This document shows positions 47,147 through 56,522 of a DNA stretch of 64,000 bases, in pieces. The DNA comes from a virus. Its lineage: Duplodnaviria > Caudoviricetes. A program made the position numbers and the translations under genes. The DNA lies in IMG/VR virus record IMGVR_UViG_3300032216_001431, positions 1 to 64,000 of that record. One strand, given 5' to 3'. Each line of letters starts with the position of its first letter. Positions within the stretch are counted from its first letter, which is position 1. Below the pieces are notes generated by a model that worked only from the letters and a program-made list of their open reading frames with translations, did no database searches and was not told the DNA's origin.

Positions 47147-48400
47147 ATGACAAAACAGTTTAAAACTGGAATAAATGTTACTGGTGCTAGTGTTAGTGGA
47201 TCAACTATAGCCACTCAAGCATGGGTACAATCACAAGGGTACGGTTCCAGTTCCGGTGGTGGTATTCCAACTAATATTGCTGCTTCTACAGGAACCATTG
47301 CTTCTTTTACTATTTCTCCAAGTGCTATACAATTTTATGATAATTATGTTTCTTTTTATTCTGGAATAAAATCTTCTGATGAACAATCTTCGGGTGGTGG
47401 CGGTGCTTTTCTTTATGCAGGAACGCCAGATCCTACTGATATATTTGGTGCAAATACAGCGAGCAATCTTGCAGGAACTCTATTGCAATCTAATGGTTTC
47501 TTTTATTCAGGCAGTGCTTATTTTGATGCTCCACAAATGCAAAATGCTACAATAAGTGGTGTTTCCATTTCTGGTGGTTCTTTTCAAGGACTAGTGGAGT
47601 GTTACCCATTTGGTTTTGGTGAGCCTGTAACAAAAGATTGGCTAAACAACAGCGCCATTACTGTTTATAATTCCAATCGGCTTGGTAATGTTCTTGCCGC
47701 TTCTTATGCACAACTTGCATCTGCTAATTTTACTGCCGCCAGTGTTGGCGGTAATAAAATTACAACTATTGCAGATAAATTTACTGCTCATACCGGAGTA
47801 GTTACATCATCAGAATTAATTAACCTCGTATCTGATGAAACTGGATCGGGGAATATTGTATTCAACACCTCCCCGTCTTTTGTGACTCCTAATATTGGTA
47901 ATGCGACTGGTTCAGTCTCTTATGCAAGTAACTCAGCCTCTTTAAACAATATTGCTGGATCATCTTATGCACAATTATCTTCTGCTAATTTTACATCAGC
48001 CAGCGTTGGGTCTAATCCAATATACACTAAGTCTACCGCACCCTATCAACCACAAACATTTTTTTACACAGGTTCTGTTGCAGTTTATACATCTTCTTCA
48101 AGATTTTATAATGATACAGGTGGAACAAGATCAATTATTTCTGTAAGGGCAAGCGTAGGTTCAGCACCAACTGGATCTGCCATGCTTATTGATGTGAGAA
48201 AAAATGGAACATCTGCTTCAAATACTATTTTTACAGGCAGTTCAATATCTATTCCTGCAACATCATTTACTTCTGGAGCATCTACATCATTTAATTCTGG
48301 AAGTTCTTTGGCCCCCAATGATTATTTAACTGTTGCTATTTCTCAAGTAGGGTCAACCGCAGCAGGCTCTGATTTAACAGTACAGGTTAATTGGAGTTAA
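47147..48400 (+). CDS. tail fibre protein with C-terminal adaptor domain (copy 1)
   Basis: SDETGSG repeat; C-terminal ~100 aa paralogous to 49356..50765. Confidence 0.75.
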   Translation: MTKQFKTGINVTGASVSGSTIATQAWVQSQGYGSSSGGGIPTNIAASTGTIASFTISPSAIQFYDNYVSFYSGIKSSDEQSSGGGGAFLYAGTPDPTDIFGANTASNLAGTLLQSNGFFYSGSAYFDAPQMQNATISGVSISGGSFQGLVECYPFGFGEPVTKDWLNNSAITVYNSNRLGNVLAASYAQLASANFTAASVGGNKITTIADKFTAHTGVVTSSELINLVSDETGSGNIVFNTSPSFVTPNIGNATGSVSYASNSASLNNIAGSSYAQLSSANFTSASVGSNPIYTKSTAPYQPQTFFYTGSVAVYTSSSRFYNDTGGTRSIISVRASVGSAPTGSAMLIDVRKNGTSASNTIFTGSSISIPATSFTSGASTSFNSGSSLAPNDYLTVAISQVGSTAAGSDLTVQVNWS

Positions 48401-48401
48401 T

Positions 48402-49148
48402 ATGGCTGTCGCAGTTAGAAGTATAAGCGGAAGTACTACAAATGCGGTAACTACTGGAACTAATTCTTTGGCTACGGCAGCGCCTTCTGGAAAATCCACT
48501 GGCGATCTTCTGGTTTTAATTGTTTCTAACAGGGGTAATAGTGGTCTTGGTGTACCGGCACTTGGCACTGGATCGGCAGGATGGAGTGCGGCATCACCTT
48601 TTTCTTCTGCATCGGTAACTGCAGGTGGCGCTAACGGTATTTCAACTAAATGGTGGTGGCGAGTTGCAGACGGAACTGCAAACGATACTCCGACAGTAAC
48701 AGGTTCTTTTACAAACGGGAATGACGGTAATATTTCTTATTCCCTACTTGCTTTGACGGGTGCTTTAAATAGTGGACCGGGTGATGTTGGAGCAGCATCC
48801 ACGGCTTCATCTGGAGCGAATGTTCTTCCAACAATTACAACTACTCAGGCAGCAGATTTACAAATTGGCTGCTGGGGAAGTTATGACAGTACGGGAAATA
48901 ATCTAGCAACCTTTGGCGCAGTTCCATCGGGTTGGACTTTTTTCGGTTCGACAGCAAACGCGACGCTTGGTAATATTAATGGTGGTCAGTATGTTGCGTA
49001 TAGAACAATTGCTTCTGCAAGTACGGCAGTAGGGGCTTCAGTTTCACATTCTACGGTTACTCAACAAACAATGACAACTGTAGCAATTAAAATTGCAGTC
49101 ACTTCTGTTATAACTAATAGAATTGGTTGGGGTAGGTCAATAATATGA
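48402..49148 (+). CDS. putative fibre-tip adhesin (copy 1)
   Basis: Beta-rich, GDLLVL; ends IGWGRSII. Confidence 0.65.
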   Translation: MAVAVRSISGSTTNAVTTGTNSLATAAPSGKSTGDLLVLIVSNRGNSGLGVPALGTGSAGWSAASPFSSASVTAGGANGISTKWWWRVADGTANDTPTVTGSFTNGNDGNISYSLLALTGALNSGPGDVGAASTASSGANVLPTITTTQAADLQIGCWGSYDSTGNNLATFGAVPSGWTFFGSTANATLGNINGGQYVAYRTIASASTAVGASVSHSTVTQQTMTTVAIKIAVTSVITNRIGWGRSII

Positions 49149-49179
49149 AATTTGGTAAAATATTATATGGGTGTAAATA

Positions 49180-49359
49180 ATGTCGGGAATTGATGATGTA
49201 GAAGAAGTAACAATATCTCAAACTATTAATCAAATAGTTATTTCCGCAGTTGGTACTCAGGGACCGCCGGGAACATTTATTAATAATATTGATGGTGGTA
49301 CTCCTTCATCAATATATGGAGGAAATATCATTATAGATTCAGGTGGGGTAGTTCAGTGA
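49180..49359 (+). CDS. 59-aa small tail protein (MSGIDDVEEV...VGTQGPPG...IDGG)
   Basis: Hand-translated, below ORF-track cutoff; GTGA overlap with next gene; resembles the N-terminal part of 44564..44986. Confidence 0.7.
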   Translation: MSGIDDVEEVTISQTINQIVISAVGTQGPPGTFINNIDGGTPSSIYGGNIIIDSGGVVQ

Positions 49360-50765
49360 CAGTTCAAATTCAATTTAGGCGTGGTACTGCTGCTCAGTGG
49401 ACTAGTGTTAATCCATTACTCTCTGAGGGAGAAATGGGTTTAGAGTTAGATACTGGAAAGTTTAAGGTTGGTAATGGTTCTACATATTGGAATTCTTTGC
49501 CTTATTCTTCTGGTACTACTGGCGCTACTGGACCGCAGGGTGCAACTGGTTCTCAAGGTGCGACGGGTGCAACTGGAGTGCAGGGACCATCTGGAGCAAT
49601 TTCTGTATCTTCCCCTATTGTAAATTCTGGAACATCAACTTCAGCATCTCTTTCTTTTAATGGATCTGTTGCTTCTGTAGCATATGCAACTAATTCAGGT
49701 TCTTCTACTTATTCTTCAAGTGCTGGCGCTGCCCCAATTCCCGCAAGTGTTTCCTATTCTGCATCTAGCGGATTAGCAAGTAATTCAACAAATTTTGCGG
49801 GACAAGCACAATCATATTATGCTCCGATTAGTTCACCTAATCTTACAGGAACCCCATTAGCCCCTACTGCTGCATCTGCTACAAACACTACACAGATCGC
49901 AACTACGGCCTTTGTTCGGGGAGAGATTACAAATCTTGTTAATTCTGCCCCAACAACTTTAGATACGTTAAATGAATTGGCGGCGGCTTTAGGAAATGAT
50001 CCTAATTTTGCTACAACAACTGCTTCTACAATTGGACTTAAAGCACCTATTGCTAATCCAACTTTTACCGGAACTGTGAATCTTGGTTCTAATGTGGCAA
50101 CTGGATCAGTTTCTAGTGCTTTAAATTCAGCATCTTTGGCTGGGCAGCCGGGATCATATTATTATCCTGCATCTTCAATTACCGCTGCTTCTGTAGCCTA
50201 TTCTACAAATGCTGGTAATGCTACAACTTTGGGTGGACAATCTTCAGCATACTATTATCCTTCCGCTTCAATTACTACTGCATCAGTTGCTTATTCAACA
50301 AATGCCGGTAATTCAGCATCAACATCTCAAACTAATTTCAATGCTTTAACAATTTCTGGTTCAAGCGTAGCAACTCAAAATTATGTTAATAATAAGTTTT
50401 TCTATGAAACAATTCCTTTTACGGTAACAGGATCTGTGTCTACTGCTAGAGCATGGGATTACAGGTTTTATAATGATACAGGCGGGACAAGATCAATTAA
50501 TGGAGTTAGGGCAAGTTTAGGTTCCGCTCCTTCAGGATCTGCTATGAACATAGATATTAGAAAGAATGGTATTACTGGAGCAAATAGTATTTTTACAGCA
50601 TCTGGATTTTCTATTCTTTCCGGTTCGATTACTTCTGGATTAATATCTTCTGGTTTTAACAGTGGATCAAGTGTGGCTTCTGGTGATTATCTGACTGTGG
50701 CGGTAACTCAAGTTGGTTCGGCAAGTGCCGGGTCAGATTTAGTCGTTCAAGTTATGTGGAGTTAA
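49356..50765 (+). CDS. tail fibre with Mtd-N/hyaluronidase-like N-terminus, collagen stretch and adaptor domain (copy 2)
   Basis: IQFRRGTAAQW...GEMGLELDT.KFKVG.G; LDTLNELAAALG.DPNF. Confidence 0.85.
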   Translation: MTVQIQFRRGTAAQWTSVNPLLSEGEMGLELDTGKFKVGNGSTYWNSLPYSSGTTGATGPQGATGSQGATGATGVQGPSGAISVSSPIVNSGTSTSASLSFNGSVASVAYATNSGSSTYSSSAGAAPIPASVSYSASSGLASNSTNFAGQAQSYYAPISSPNLTGTPLAPTAASATNTTQIATTAFVRGEITNLVNSAPTTLDTLNELAAALGNDPNFATTTASTIGLKAPIANPTFTGTVNLGSNVATGSVSSALNSASLAGQPGSYYYPASSITAASVAYSTNAGNATTLGGQSSAYYYPSASITTASVAYSTNAGNSASTSQTNFNALTISGSSVATQNYVNNKFFYETIPFTVTGSVSTARAWDYRFYNDTGGTRSINGVRASLGSAPSGSAMNIDIRKNGITGANSIFTASGFSILSGSITSGLISSGFNSGSSVASGDYLTVAVTQVGSASAGSDLVVQVMWS

Positions 50766-50766
50766 T

Positions 50767-51402
50767 ATGGCAGTTACTTCAATTTATTCTAAAAATAATG
50801 ATTTTTATTTAGAAGCAGATAGTTTTGATGATGGTGGTGCTGGAATTTGGTTTGGCGGCTACTCTCAGCAGCCTGTTTTTTATGCAAGTGCTGGTCAGAC
50901 TATCGGTTCCATGTTTACATTCAGTAGTAGAGATTTTGATACTGGGGTTGTTACTTACGTTGGCTGTCAGTATTTTGCTGAATTTGATTTAACTGGTATT
51001 ACGGGTACAGTTACATCAGCACGATTTAGAGTTGCTACCAATCAGGCTACACCTAGTTATAAATTCATTTCTAATACAACTATGTCTGGGTGGTCTTCAT
51101 GGCTAACTCCACCTCAAATTGCTTCAGCGACAGTATACGCAACTCCCACATCGGTGCCATATAATACTGGTACTTATTATAATGCCACGCCAGCATTCAC
51201 AAGCGCATTACAGTCTAAACTTGGCACTTCCATTAGTGTATGTGGAGTGGGTCTTGTATGGTTTAATGCAACTTATACAGAAAGCGGCATCCCTACTTTA
51301 TATACTTCAGCCGGTCCTTCTAATGTTCGTCTCTTGCTTGAAATAACTACAAGCGACGGGCCTTTAACAACTTCAGGTATTGGCTGGGGTTTTATAGTCT
51401 AG
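50767..51402 (+). CDS. putative fibre-tip adhesin (copy 2)
   Basis: FDLTGI.GTVTSA motif; ends IGWGFIV. Confidence 0.65.
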   Translation: MAVTSIYSKNNDFYLEADSFDDGGAGIWFGGYSQQPVFYASAGQTIGSMFTFSSRDFDTGVVTYVGCQYFAEFDLTGITGTVTSARFRVATNQATPSYKFISNTTMSGWSSWLTPPQIASATVYATPTSVPYNTGTYYNATPAFTSALQSKLGTSISVCGVGLVWFNATYTESGIPTLYTSAGPSNVRLLLEITTSDGPLTTSGIGWGFIV

Positions 51403-51453
51403 CCTATAAATAAAAATATTGTTATACTATACAAGACACGAAAGGAATATAAA

Positions 51454-51675
51454 ATGTCAGAACAACTTATGGAACAACCACAGTCACCTCAGCAGGTGAT
51501 TGAACTTGTGGTTCAGGAACTTCAGAATCGTATTGGTCAGGTAACGACTCAGTACGAAACAAATATGGCTGTGCTTAAAGCACAGGCTACTCAGGAAATT
51601 CAGAGCCGCGATAAGCGTATTGAGGAACTTTCAAGGGCGTTAGCAAATGCTGCGTCGAAGAACTCAAGCAACTAA
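51454..51675 (+). CDS. small coiled-coil protein
   Basis: ORF track; AAGGA SD; TGTTATACT at 51420-51428. Confidence 0.75.
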   Translation: MSEQLMEQPQSPQQVIELVVQELQNRIGQVTTQYETNMAVLKAQATQEIQSRDKRIEELSRALANAASKNSSN

Positions 51676-52036
51676 TAATACAAGAGTCCCCGGTGGGTTG
51701 ATTGCAAGCACTGAAAAGGGAGACTACCTTGTAAAAGGTGTAAAACGATTCAGGTTTGTATCATCAAGAGCCAGAGATTCTTGGAATTTGAGAATAGTTA
51801 AGACTACAGAGTTTGCAATGTCTGCTTATAAAGTGGCGGGAATTGTTGGTTTTCGTGATGGTACTTTAATTAGGGATATATCTACTCATAAGATATACTT
51901 AATATCAGATTACAAAAAACGTCATATTGTTACTCCTGATATTTTTAAAAATTTGGGTTACAGTATGCGGGATGTGTTACTTGTTTCTTCTAAAGAGGCG
52001 GTAGTTCATCAAGAAGGGGAGCCTTTAAATGGCTAA
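51647..52036 (+). CDS. hypothetical protein
   Basis: ORF track; DGTLI...IYLI...KRHI. Confidence 0.7.
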   Translation: MLRRRTQATNNTRVPGGLIASTEKGDYLVKGVKRFRFVSSRARDSWNLRIVKTTEFAMSAYKVAGIVGFRDGTLIRDISTHKIYLISDYKKRHIVTPDIFKNLGYSMRDVLLVSSKEAVVHQEGEPLNG

Positions 52037-52436
52037 TAATATTATTGTTGATGTTAGTCAAATTAATAACGCTATTCAAGAGGTAGCGCACCTTAAAGCA
52101 GATATTAACAGAGAAAATGTTATTATTGATGGCATTACAAAAACTTTAAAAGATGGTAAGCATTTTAGTAAAACATATCCGTTAAAAGGAAATAATTGGA
52201 CACAAACAACAGTCAGCGGAAAACATCAAAGAAGTTTAACCATAAAATATAGTGGTGTGCATTTTGTAATACCGCCAATTGTTAATGTGACAATTGAAGG
52301 TAATCATTCTGGTTTAACTGTTAGTATTAATCATAACGGTCATGATGGTTGTCATGTTAATGTTCAAAAAAGTTCAGGTAAGTTTACTACTGCAGACTTA
52401 GCCCACAAGATTCATTTAATTGCTATCGGTTATTAA
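52029..52436 (+). CDS. hypothetical protein, H-type lectin-like C-terminus
   Basis: F..PP.V.V ... I..IAIG. Confidence 0.55.
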   Translation: MANNIIVDVSQINNAIQEVAHLKADINRENVIIDGITKTLKDGKHFSKTYPLKGNNWTQTTVSGKHQRSLTIKYSGVHFVIPPIVNVTIEGNHSGLTVSINHNGHDGCHVNVQKSSGKFTTADLAHKIHLIAIGY

Positions 52437-52693
52437 TGTATAATCCCATTAGTTCATGGGGCAAAAAAGAGAAGCGTTATTATGATGGTTATATTATAAT
52501 AAAAATACCAGAACATCCTAAGTCATTCAATAGTTGGTACTATGAGCATAGACTTGTAGTTGAAGCCAGCCTTGACAGAATTCTTGAAGACTGGGAAACT
52601 GTTCATCATATAAACGAAAACAAGGAAGATAACAGATTAATTAATTTGTTTCTTTGTACAAGAGCGCAACATAATAAAGCGCACAAAAATTAA
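52436..52693 (+). CDS. HNH endonuclease-like protein
   Basis: YEHRLV...VHHINENKEDNR..NL....H. Confidence 0.85.
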   Translation: MYNPISSWGKKEKRYYDGYIIIKIPEHPKSFNSWYYEHRLVVEASLDRILEDWETVHHINENKEDNRLINLFLCTRAQHNKAHKN

Positions 52694-52701
52694 GGATATA
52701 C

Positions 52702-53457
52702 ATGACAAACGATCTTAAATGGATGATGGTTTCGGACGTTCATTTCCCTCGCCATGATCCACGAAAGGTAGAGTTGTTTTTAAAGGTTATGAAGGCTTTT
52801 AAGCCGGACGCAGTGGACCTCCTTGGAGACATTGATGATGCTGATTCAACTTCACGTTGGGCAGCAGATAAGCCTTTAGAAATGTCTGTTTCTATTTATG
52901 ATGGTGGAGTTAGTGGAACTAGAGATTTTCTAGCAGAAATTAATAAAATTGTTCCAAAGGCAGACAAGCATTTTCATGATGGAAATCATGGATGGACAAG
53001 GCATGGGGATTACCTTGCAAAGAAGGCTCCCCAGTTCTTAGAGTTACTTACACCTGATATTCTTTATGAATACAGTAAGAGTGGCTTTGATTGGCATTAT
53101 TATGATGCACCTCCTGTTAGACGTTTTGGAGATATCTATGGTCATCATGGAGAATCTATTTCAAAACATTCTGGGGAGTCAGTTCGTAATGATGTAAACA
53201 ATTGGGGTATATCCCTAGTGCGTGGGCATTCTCATAGGATGGGTGCGTATTTCCAGACGTATAATTTGTCTGGTCAAGAGTTGCGTGGATATGAAATTGG
53301 GCATCTTTGTGATGAAGATCAAATGGACTATTCCATTCAGAAAAATTGGCAGGCGGGATTCGCTGTAGCCCATGTGGTTAATGATTATCCACATATTCAG
53401 TTAATACAAATACACGATTATACATGCGTAGTAGACGGTAAAGTCTTTACAGCATAA
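52702..53457 (+). CDS. calcineurin-like metallophosphoesterase
   Basis: DVH, GDIDD, GNH, HG, GHSH motifs. Confidence 0.9.
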   Translation: MTNDLKWMMVSDVHFPRHDPRKVELFLKVMKAFKPDAVDLLGDIDDADSTSRWAADKPLEMSVSIYDGGVSGTRDFLAEINKIVPKADKHFHDGNHGWTRHGDYLAKKAPQFLELLTPDILYEYSKSGFDWHYYDAPPVRRFGDIYGHHGESISKHSGESVRNDVNNWGISLVRGHSHRMGAYFQTYNLSGQELRGYEIGHLCDEDQMDYSIQKNWQAGFAVAHVVNDYPHIQLIQIHDYTCVVDGKVFTA

Positions 53458-53468
53458 AAGGAGAAAAC

Positions 53469-53798
53469 ATGTACGGATGGTTGGTATTCGGTCTTGCAAT
53501 TGCAGTTGTACTTCTAACTTCAGTTTTTAAGACCATTGACGTAAATTCAAAGATTAAGGCACTTATCGCAGTTGTCCTTTCAATTGTTGCTGGCGCAGTA
53601 ACAGTGTGGGTAACTCAGGATGGTGACTTCTCTAGCATTAATATTACACAGGCAATTGCTCTAGTTTATGCAGCCTCACAGGTTGTATATGATTTTATTT
53701 TCAAGGGCACTTCTGTAGATCAGGCACTAACTTCTCTTACACCTTTCGGTGGAGGAAGTTCAAGCCCAGTAGACGAACAGCCACCAGCAGGGGCGTAA
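53469..53798 (+). CDS. holin-like membrane protein
   Basis: Two to three hydrophobic helices; AAGGAG SD. Confidence 0.6.
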   Translation: MYGWLVFGLAIAVVLLTSVFKTIDVNSKIKALIAVVLSIVAGAVTVWVTQDGDFSSINITQAIALVYAASQVVYDFIFKGTSVDQALTSLTPFGGGSSSPVDEQPPAGA

Positions 53799-53989
53799 TG
53801 TACTGCCGTAAATGTAGCGGCAGAGTTTTTGTTGATAGAGTGTTTAGTTCTTCTCTAAGAACTGAGTTGTTCTGCATAATGTGCGGAAGACGATGGTTTA
53901 TTAAAAATGGAAGTAATGGGTTTTCACAATGGTTAAAAACAAGAGAACAAAAAGTGGCGTTGGCGAACGCTGGACCTACTTCTATTTGA
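53798..53989 (+). CDS. Zn-ribbon protein
   Basis: CRKC...CIMCG. Confidence 0.75.
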   Translation: MYCRKCSGRVFVDRVFSSSLRTELFCIMCGRRWFIKNGSNGFSQWLKTREQKVALANAGPTSI

Positions 53990-54450
53990 ATGAAAAGTTA
54001 CATAAAACAATCTCTGTAAACAGGTCAGATAACTTGCTGGTTGCATGGGATTATAAAGAAGGTAAGCGCGTTGCCTATGTTTTGTCAGATGCATATAGAC
54101 ATAGGCAACGCGCTTATACCACTACACAGGTAGCACAAATGCTGGACCGCCATTATGACACAATAATTCGTCATATTGATGCCGGAAGCATTCCATATCC
54201 TCAACATGCTTATTCTTTAAATGGTAAAAGAAGAATCATTAGATATTTATTCAGTGAAAATGATATTAGACAAATTCATGATTTCTTAAAAACTGTACAT
54301 ATTGGTAGACCTAGACATGATGAAAAAATTACAAATAGCAATATGATCAGTAATGCTGAACTAGAAGCCTTGCTAAGAAACTCTACTGTACTATACACTA
54401 AGACAGGTGACGGGGAATTCGTTCCTGTCTGGAAGCAACCGGAGTGGTGA
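53929..54450 (+). CDS. MerR/HTH-type DNA-binding protein
   Basis: YTTTQVAQML.RH..TI...I..G.IP.P ... F...DI. Confidence 0.75.
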   Translation: MVKNKRTKSGVGERWTYFYLNEKLHKTISVNRSDNLLVAWDYKEGKRVAYVLSDAYRHRQRAYTTTQVAQMLDRHYDTIIRHIDAGSIPYPQHAYSLNGKRRIIRYLFSENDIRQIHDFLKTVHIGRPRHDEKITNSNMISNAELEALLRNSTVLYTKTGDGEFVPVWKQPEW

Positions 54451-54662
54451 TGGAAGAATCAAAGAAGTCAACATATGTTAATGCTGAGTTGTCATACACA
54501 CGAAACCTTGGTAATTATGAAAACATTAAGATTAATTTAGGTGTACAAGATTATGTGCGTGATGGTGAAAACGTCAATGCAGCAATGGATAGAGTCTACG
54601 CATTTGTAGAAGATAAACTTATAACCAAGATGGAAGAAATCGAAAAAGAACTTAAGGGGTAA
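54444..54662 (+). CDS. hypothetical protein
   Basis: TRNLGNYEN motif. Confidence 0.75.
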   Translation: MVMEESKKSTYVNAELSYTRNLGNYENIKINLGVQDYVRDGENVNAAMDRVYAFVEDKLITKMEEIEKELKG

Positions 54663-54664
54663 TT

Positions 54665-54988
54665 ATGACAAAGGACGATGCAAAGTTTGCACATTCCCTC
54701 CTAACCCTTTACTCTAATCTTTATTTAGATAAATATTCAAAAGCAGTAACTGTTAATCGCCATAGAGAAAAGTGGGCAATGGTTGACGTTATTGATAGTA
54801 TCGGTTACGAGCGTGCTAAAACTCTTCTGCTCTATTATTTTCAATGTAACAAGCCCGGTCATCCTCTTCAATGGTTTTATTTTAATTTTGACAAGTTAGA
54901 TGAAATGTTGAAAAAGATTGAAGAAGATAAAGATAAACGTGCTAGGATGAGAGCGGCAACAAAGATGATGATGGAGGGTAAAGCATGA
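54665..54988 (+). CDS. hypothetical protein upstream of helicase (possible loader/initiator)
   Basis: ORF track, synteny. Confidence 0.65.
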   Translation: MTKDDAKFAHSLLTLYSNLYLDKYSKAVTVNRHREKWAMVDVIDSIGYERAKTLLLYYFQCNKPGHPLQWFYFNFDKLDEMLKKIEEDKDKRARMRAATKMMMEGKA

Positions 54989-56208
54989 GTACAGAGTCGG
55001 CAGTCATTACGGCTGTCTGCAAGAATAAAGATATTTCAGTTCTTCTACAAGACAATGTAGATGATTTTTTTATTTCACACAGAGATGTGTGGGATGGGCT
55101 AAAGTCTTATTACTATAAGTTTAAATCAGTCCCAGATGTTGAAGTTCTAGTAGATCGGTTTAATAACTTTGATCCTGCTAAGGTAACAGCAGAAACTGGT
55201 TACTACCTTGATCAACTTAAAGATGAGTATCTTAGTTCTAAGATTCGTAACATGCTTCTTAAGGCTGGTGGCGATTTAAAGGGTAATGCTGCTGCGCGTG
55301 TTCTTACAGATATGCAGTCTGAGATTGCCAGTCTTTCACGGCTTACCTCTACAGTACGAGATTTGGATGTTACAGATTATGAAAATGCTAGTAAGCACAT
55401 CGAGAATCTACGCGCTCGCTCAGAAGCGATGGGTGGATCACCGGGAATTCCCACAGGGTTCAAGGCTATGGATCTTGCGTATCCTACGGGAATGGCACCG
55501 GGACATTTGATTGTTGCAATTGGTTGGCCCGGTAAGGGTAAGACATGGTTCACCTCGTATCTTGCATGTAAGGCGTGGGAACAAGGCTTTAAGCCAATGA
55601 TTGTGTCCCTTGAAATGTCTCCTGAGAATATGCGTGACCGTATTTATACCATGCTTGGTAGCGGAATTTTTCGTGCCAGCGATTTCTCACGCGGTAATAT
55701 TAATCTAGATGATTTTAATTCATGGGGTAAGAAGAATTTCACAGACAAGCGTGGCTTCGTCCTTGTTTCTAATGAAGGTATGGCTGATGTTACTCCACAA
55801 ACAGTTCAGGGTAAGATTGATCAGCATCGTCCAGATCTAGTAATCTGTGACTATCATCAATTATTTAATGATTCAAAGAAGTCTAACAGTGAAGTAGAAC
55901 GTAATCGTAATATTTCGCGGGAGTTCAAACTACTTGCTGTTAGGAATAACATTCCTGTAGTAGACATTACTGCTGCTACTGCTGACGACGTTTCTGATCA
56001 TAACGATCCTCCCATGCTTAATCAGGTTGCATGGTCTAAGGCTATTGAGTATGATGCAGATCACGCTTTTGCAGTACACAGGACTCCTGATACTAATATT
56101 ATTGAAATTGTTAATAGAAAGAATCGTCACGGCACAGAATATGATTTCTACCTTGACTGGGATATTGATCGTGGTGTCGTTAAAGAAATATATGGTGACC
56201 TGCAGTAA
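54985..56208 (+). CDS. dnaB: replicative DNA helicase
   Basis: GIPTGF, Walker A GWPGKGKT, SLEM, DY.QL, IEYDAD, KNRHG. Confidence 0.93.
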   Translation: MSTESAVITAVCKNKDISVLLQDNVDDFFISHRDVWDGLKSYYYKFKSVPDVEVLVDRFNNFDPAKVTAETGYYLDQLKDEYLSSKIRNMLLKAGGDLKGNAAARVLTDMQSEIASLSRLTSTVRDLDVTDYENASKHIENLRARSEAMGGSPGIPTGFKAMDLAYPTGMAPGHLIVAIGWPGKGKTWFTSYLACKAWEQGFKPMIVSLEMSPENMRDRIYTMLGSGIFRASDFSRGNINLDDFNSWGKKNFTDKRGFVLVSNEGMADVTPQTVQGKIDQHRPDLVICDYHQLFNDSKKSNSEVERNRNISREFKLLAVRNNIPVVDITAATADDVSDHNDPPMLNQVAWSKAIEYDADHAFAVHRTPDTNIIEIVNRKNRHGTEYDFYLDWDIDRGVVKEIYGDLQ

Positions 56209-56239
56209 TATCCTGATATAATTTAATCAGGAGAAATAT

Positions 56240-56515
56240 ATGCCAAAACAAATACATAACTTTACTATTAGTGGAGTTATTGGAGATGATTCACATATCG
56301 TCAAGGCAAGAGAGAATTACGAGAAAATTCTTATTCAGCAGATGAGAGACAAAGGGTATGTCCCTGTCTTAGACATGCTACCTCAATTTAAAATTTCATA
56401 TATCGAAGCAAAAAATCAGTATGGATTTATTCTGACCTTGTATGGTATATTTATTGGCAAGTCAAAAGTAAACGATTTTATCGGTTTCTCCGGTCAAGAC
56501 TTCATTCCTAGATAG
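56240..56515 (+). CDS. hypothetical protein
   Basis: GYVPVLD; AGGAG SD; TGATATAAT at 56214-56222. Confidence 0.75.
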   Translation: MPKQIHNFTISGVIGDDSHIVKARENYEKILIQQMRDKGYVPVLDMLPQFKISYIEAKNQYGFILTLYGIFIGKSKVNDFIGFSGQDFIPR

Positions 56516-56522
56516 GAAAATA

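Noticed and set aside
49356-50765. Diversity-generating retroelement suggested by the Mtd-N-like N-terminus
   Set aside because: No reverse transcriptase and no TR/VR pair differing only at adenines. The paralogous C-termini are both coding and differ at all base types.
53469-53798. Complete lysis cassette
   Set aside because: Only a holin-like membrane protein is present. No standalone endolysin is adjacent, and the muralytic domains seen are inside the TMP.
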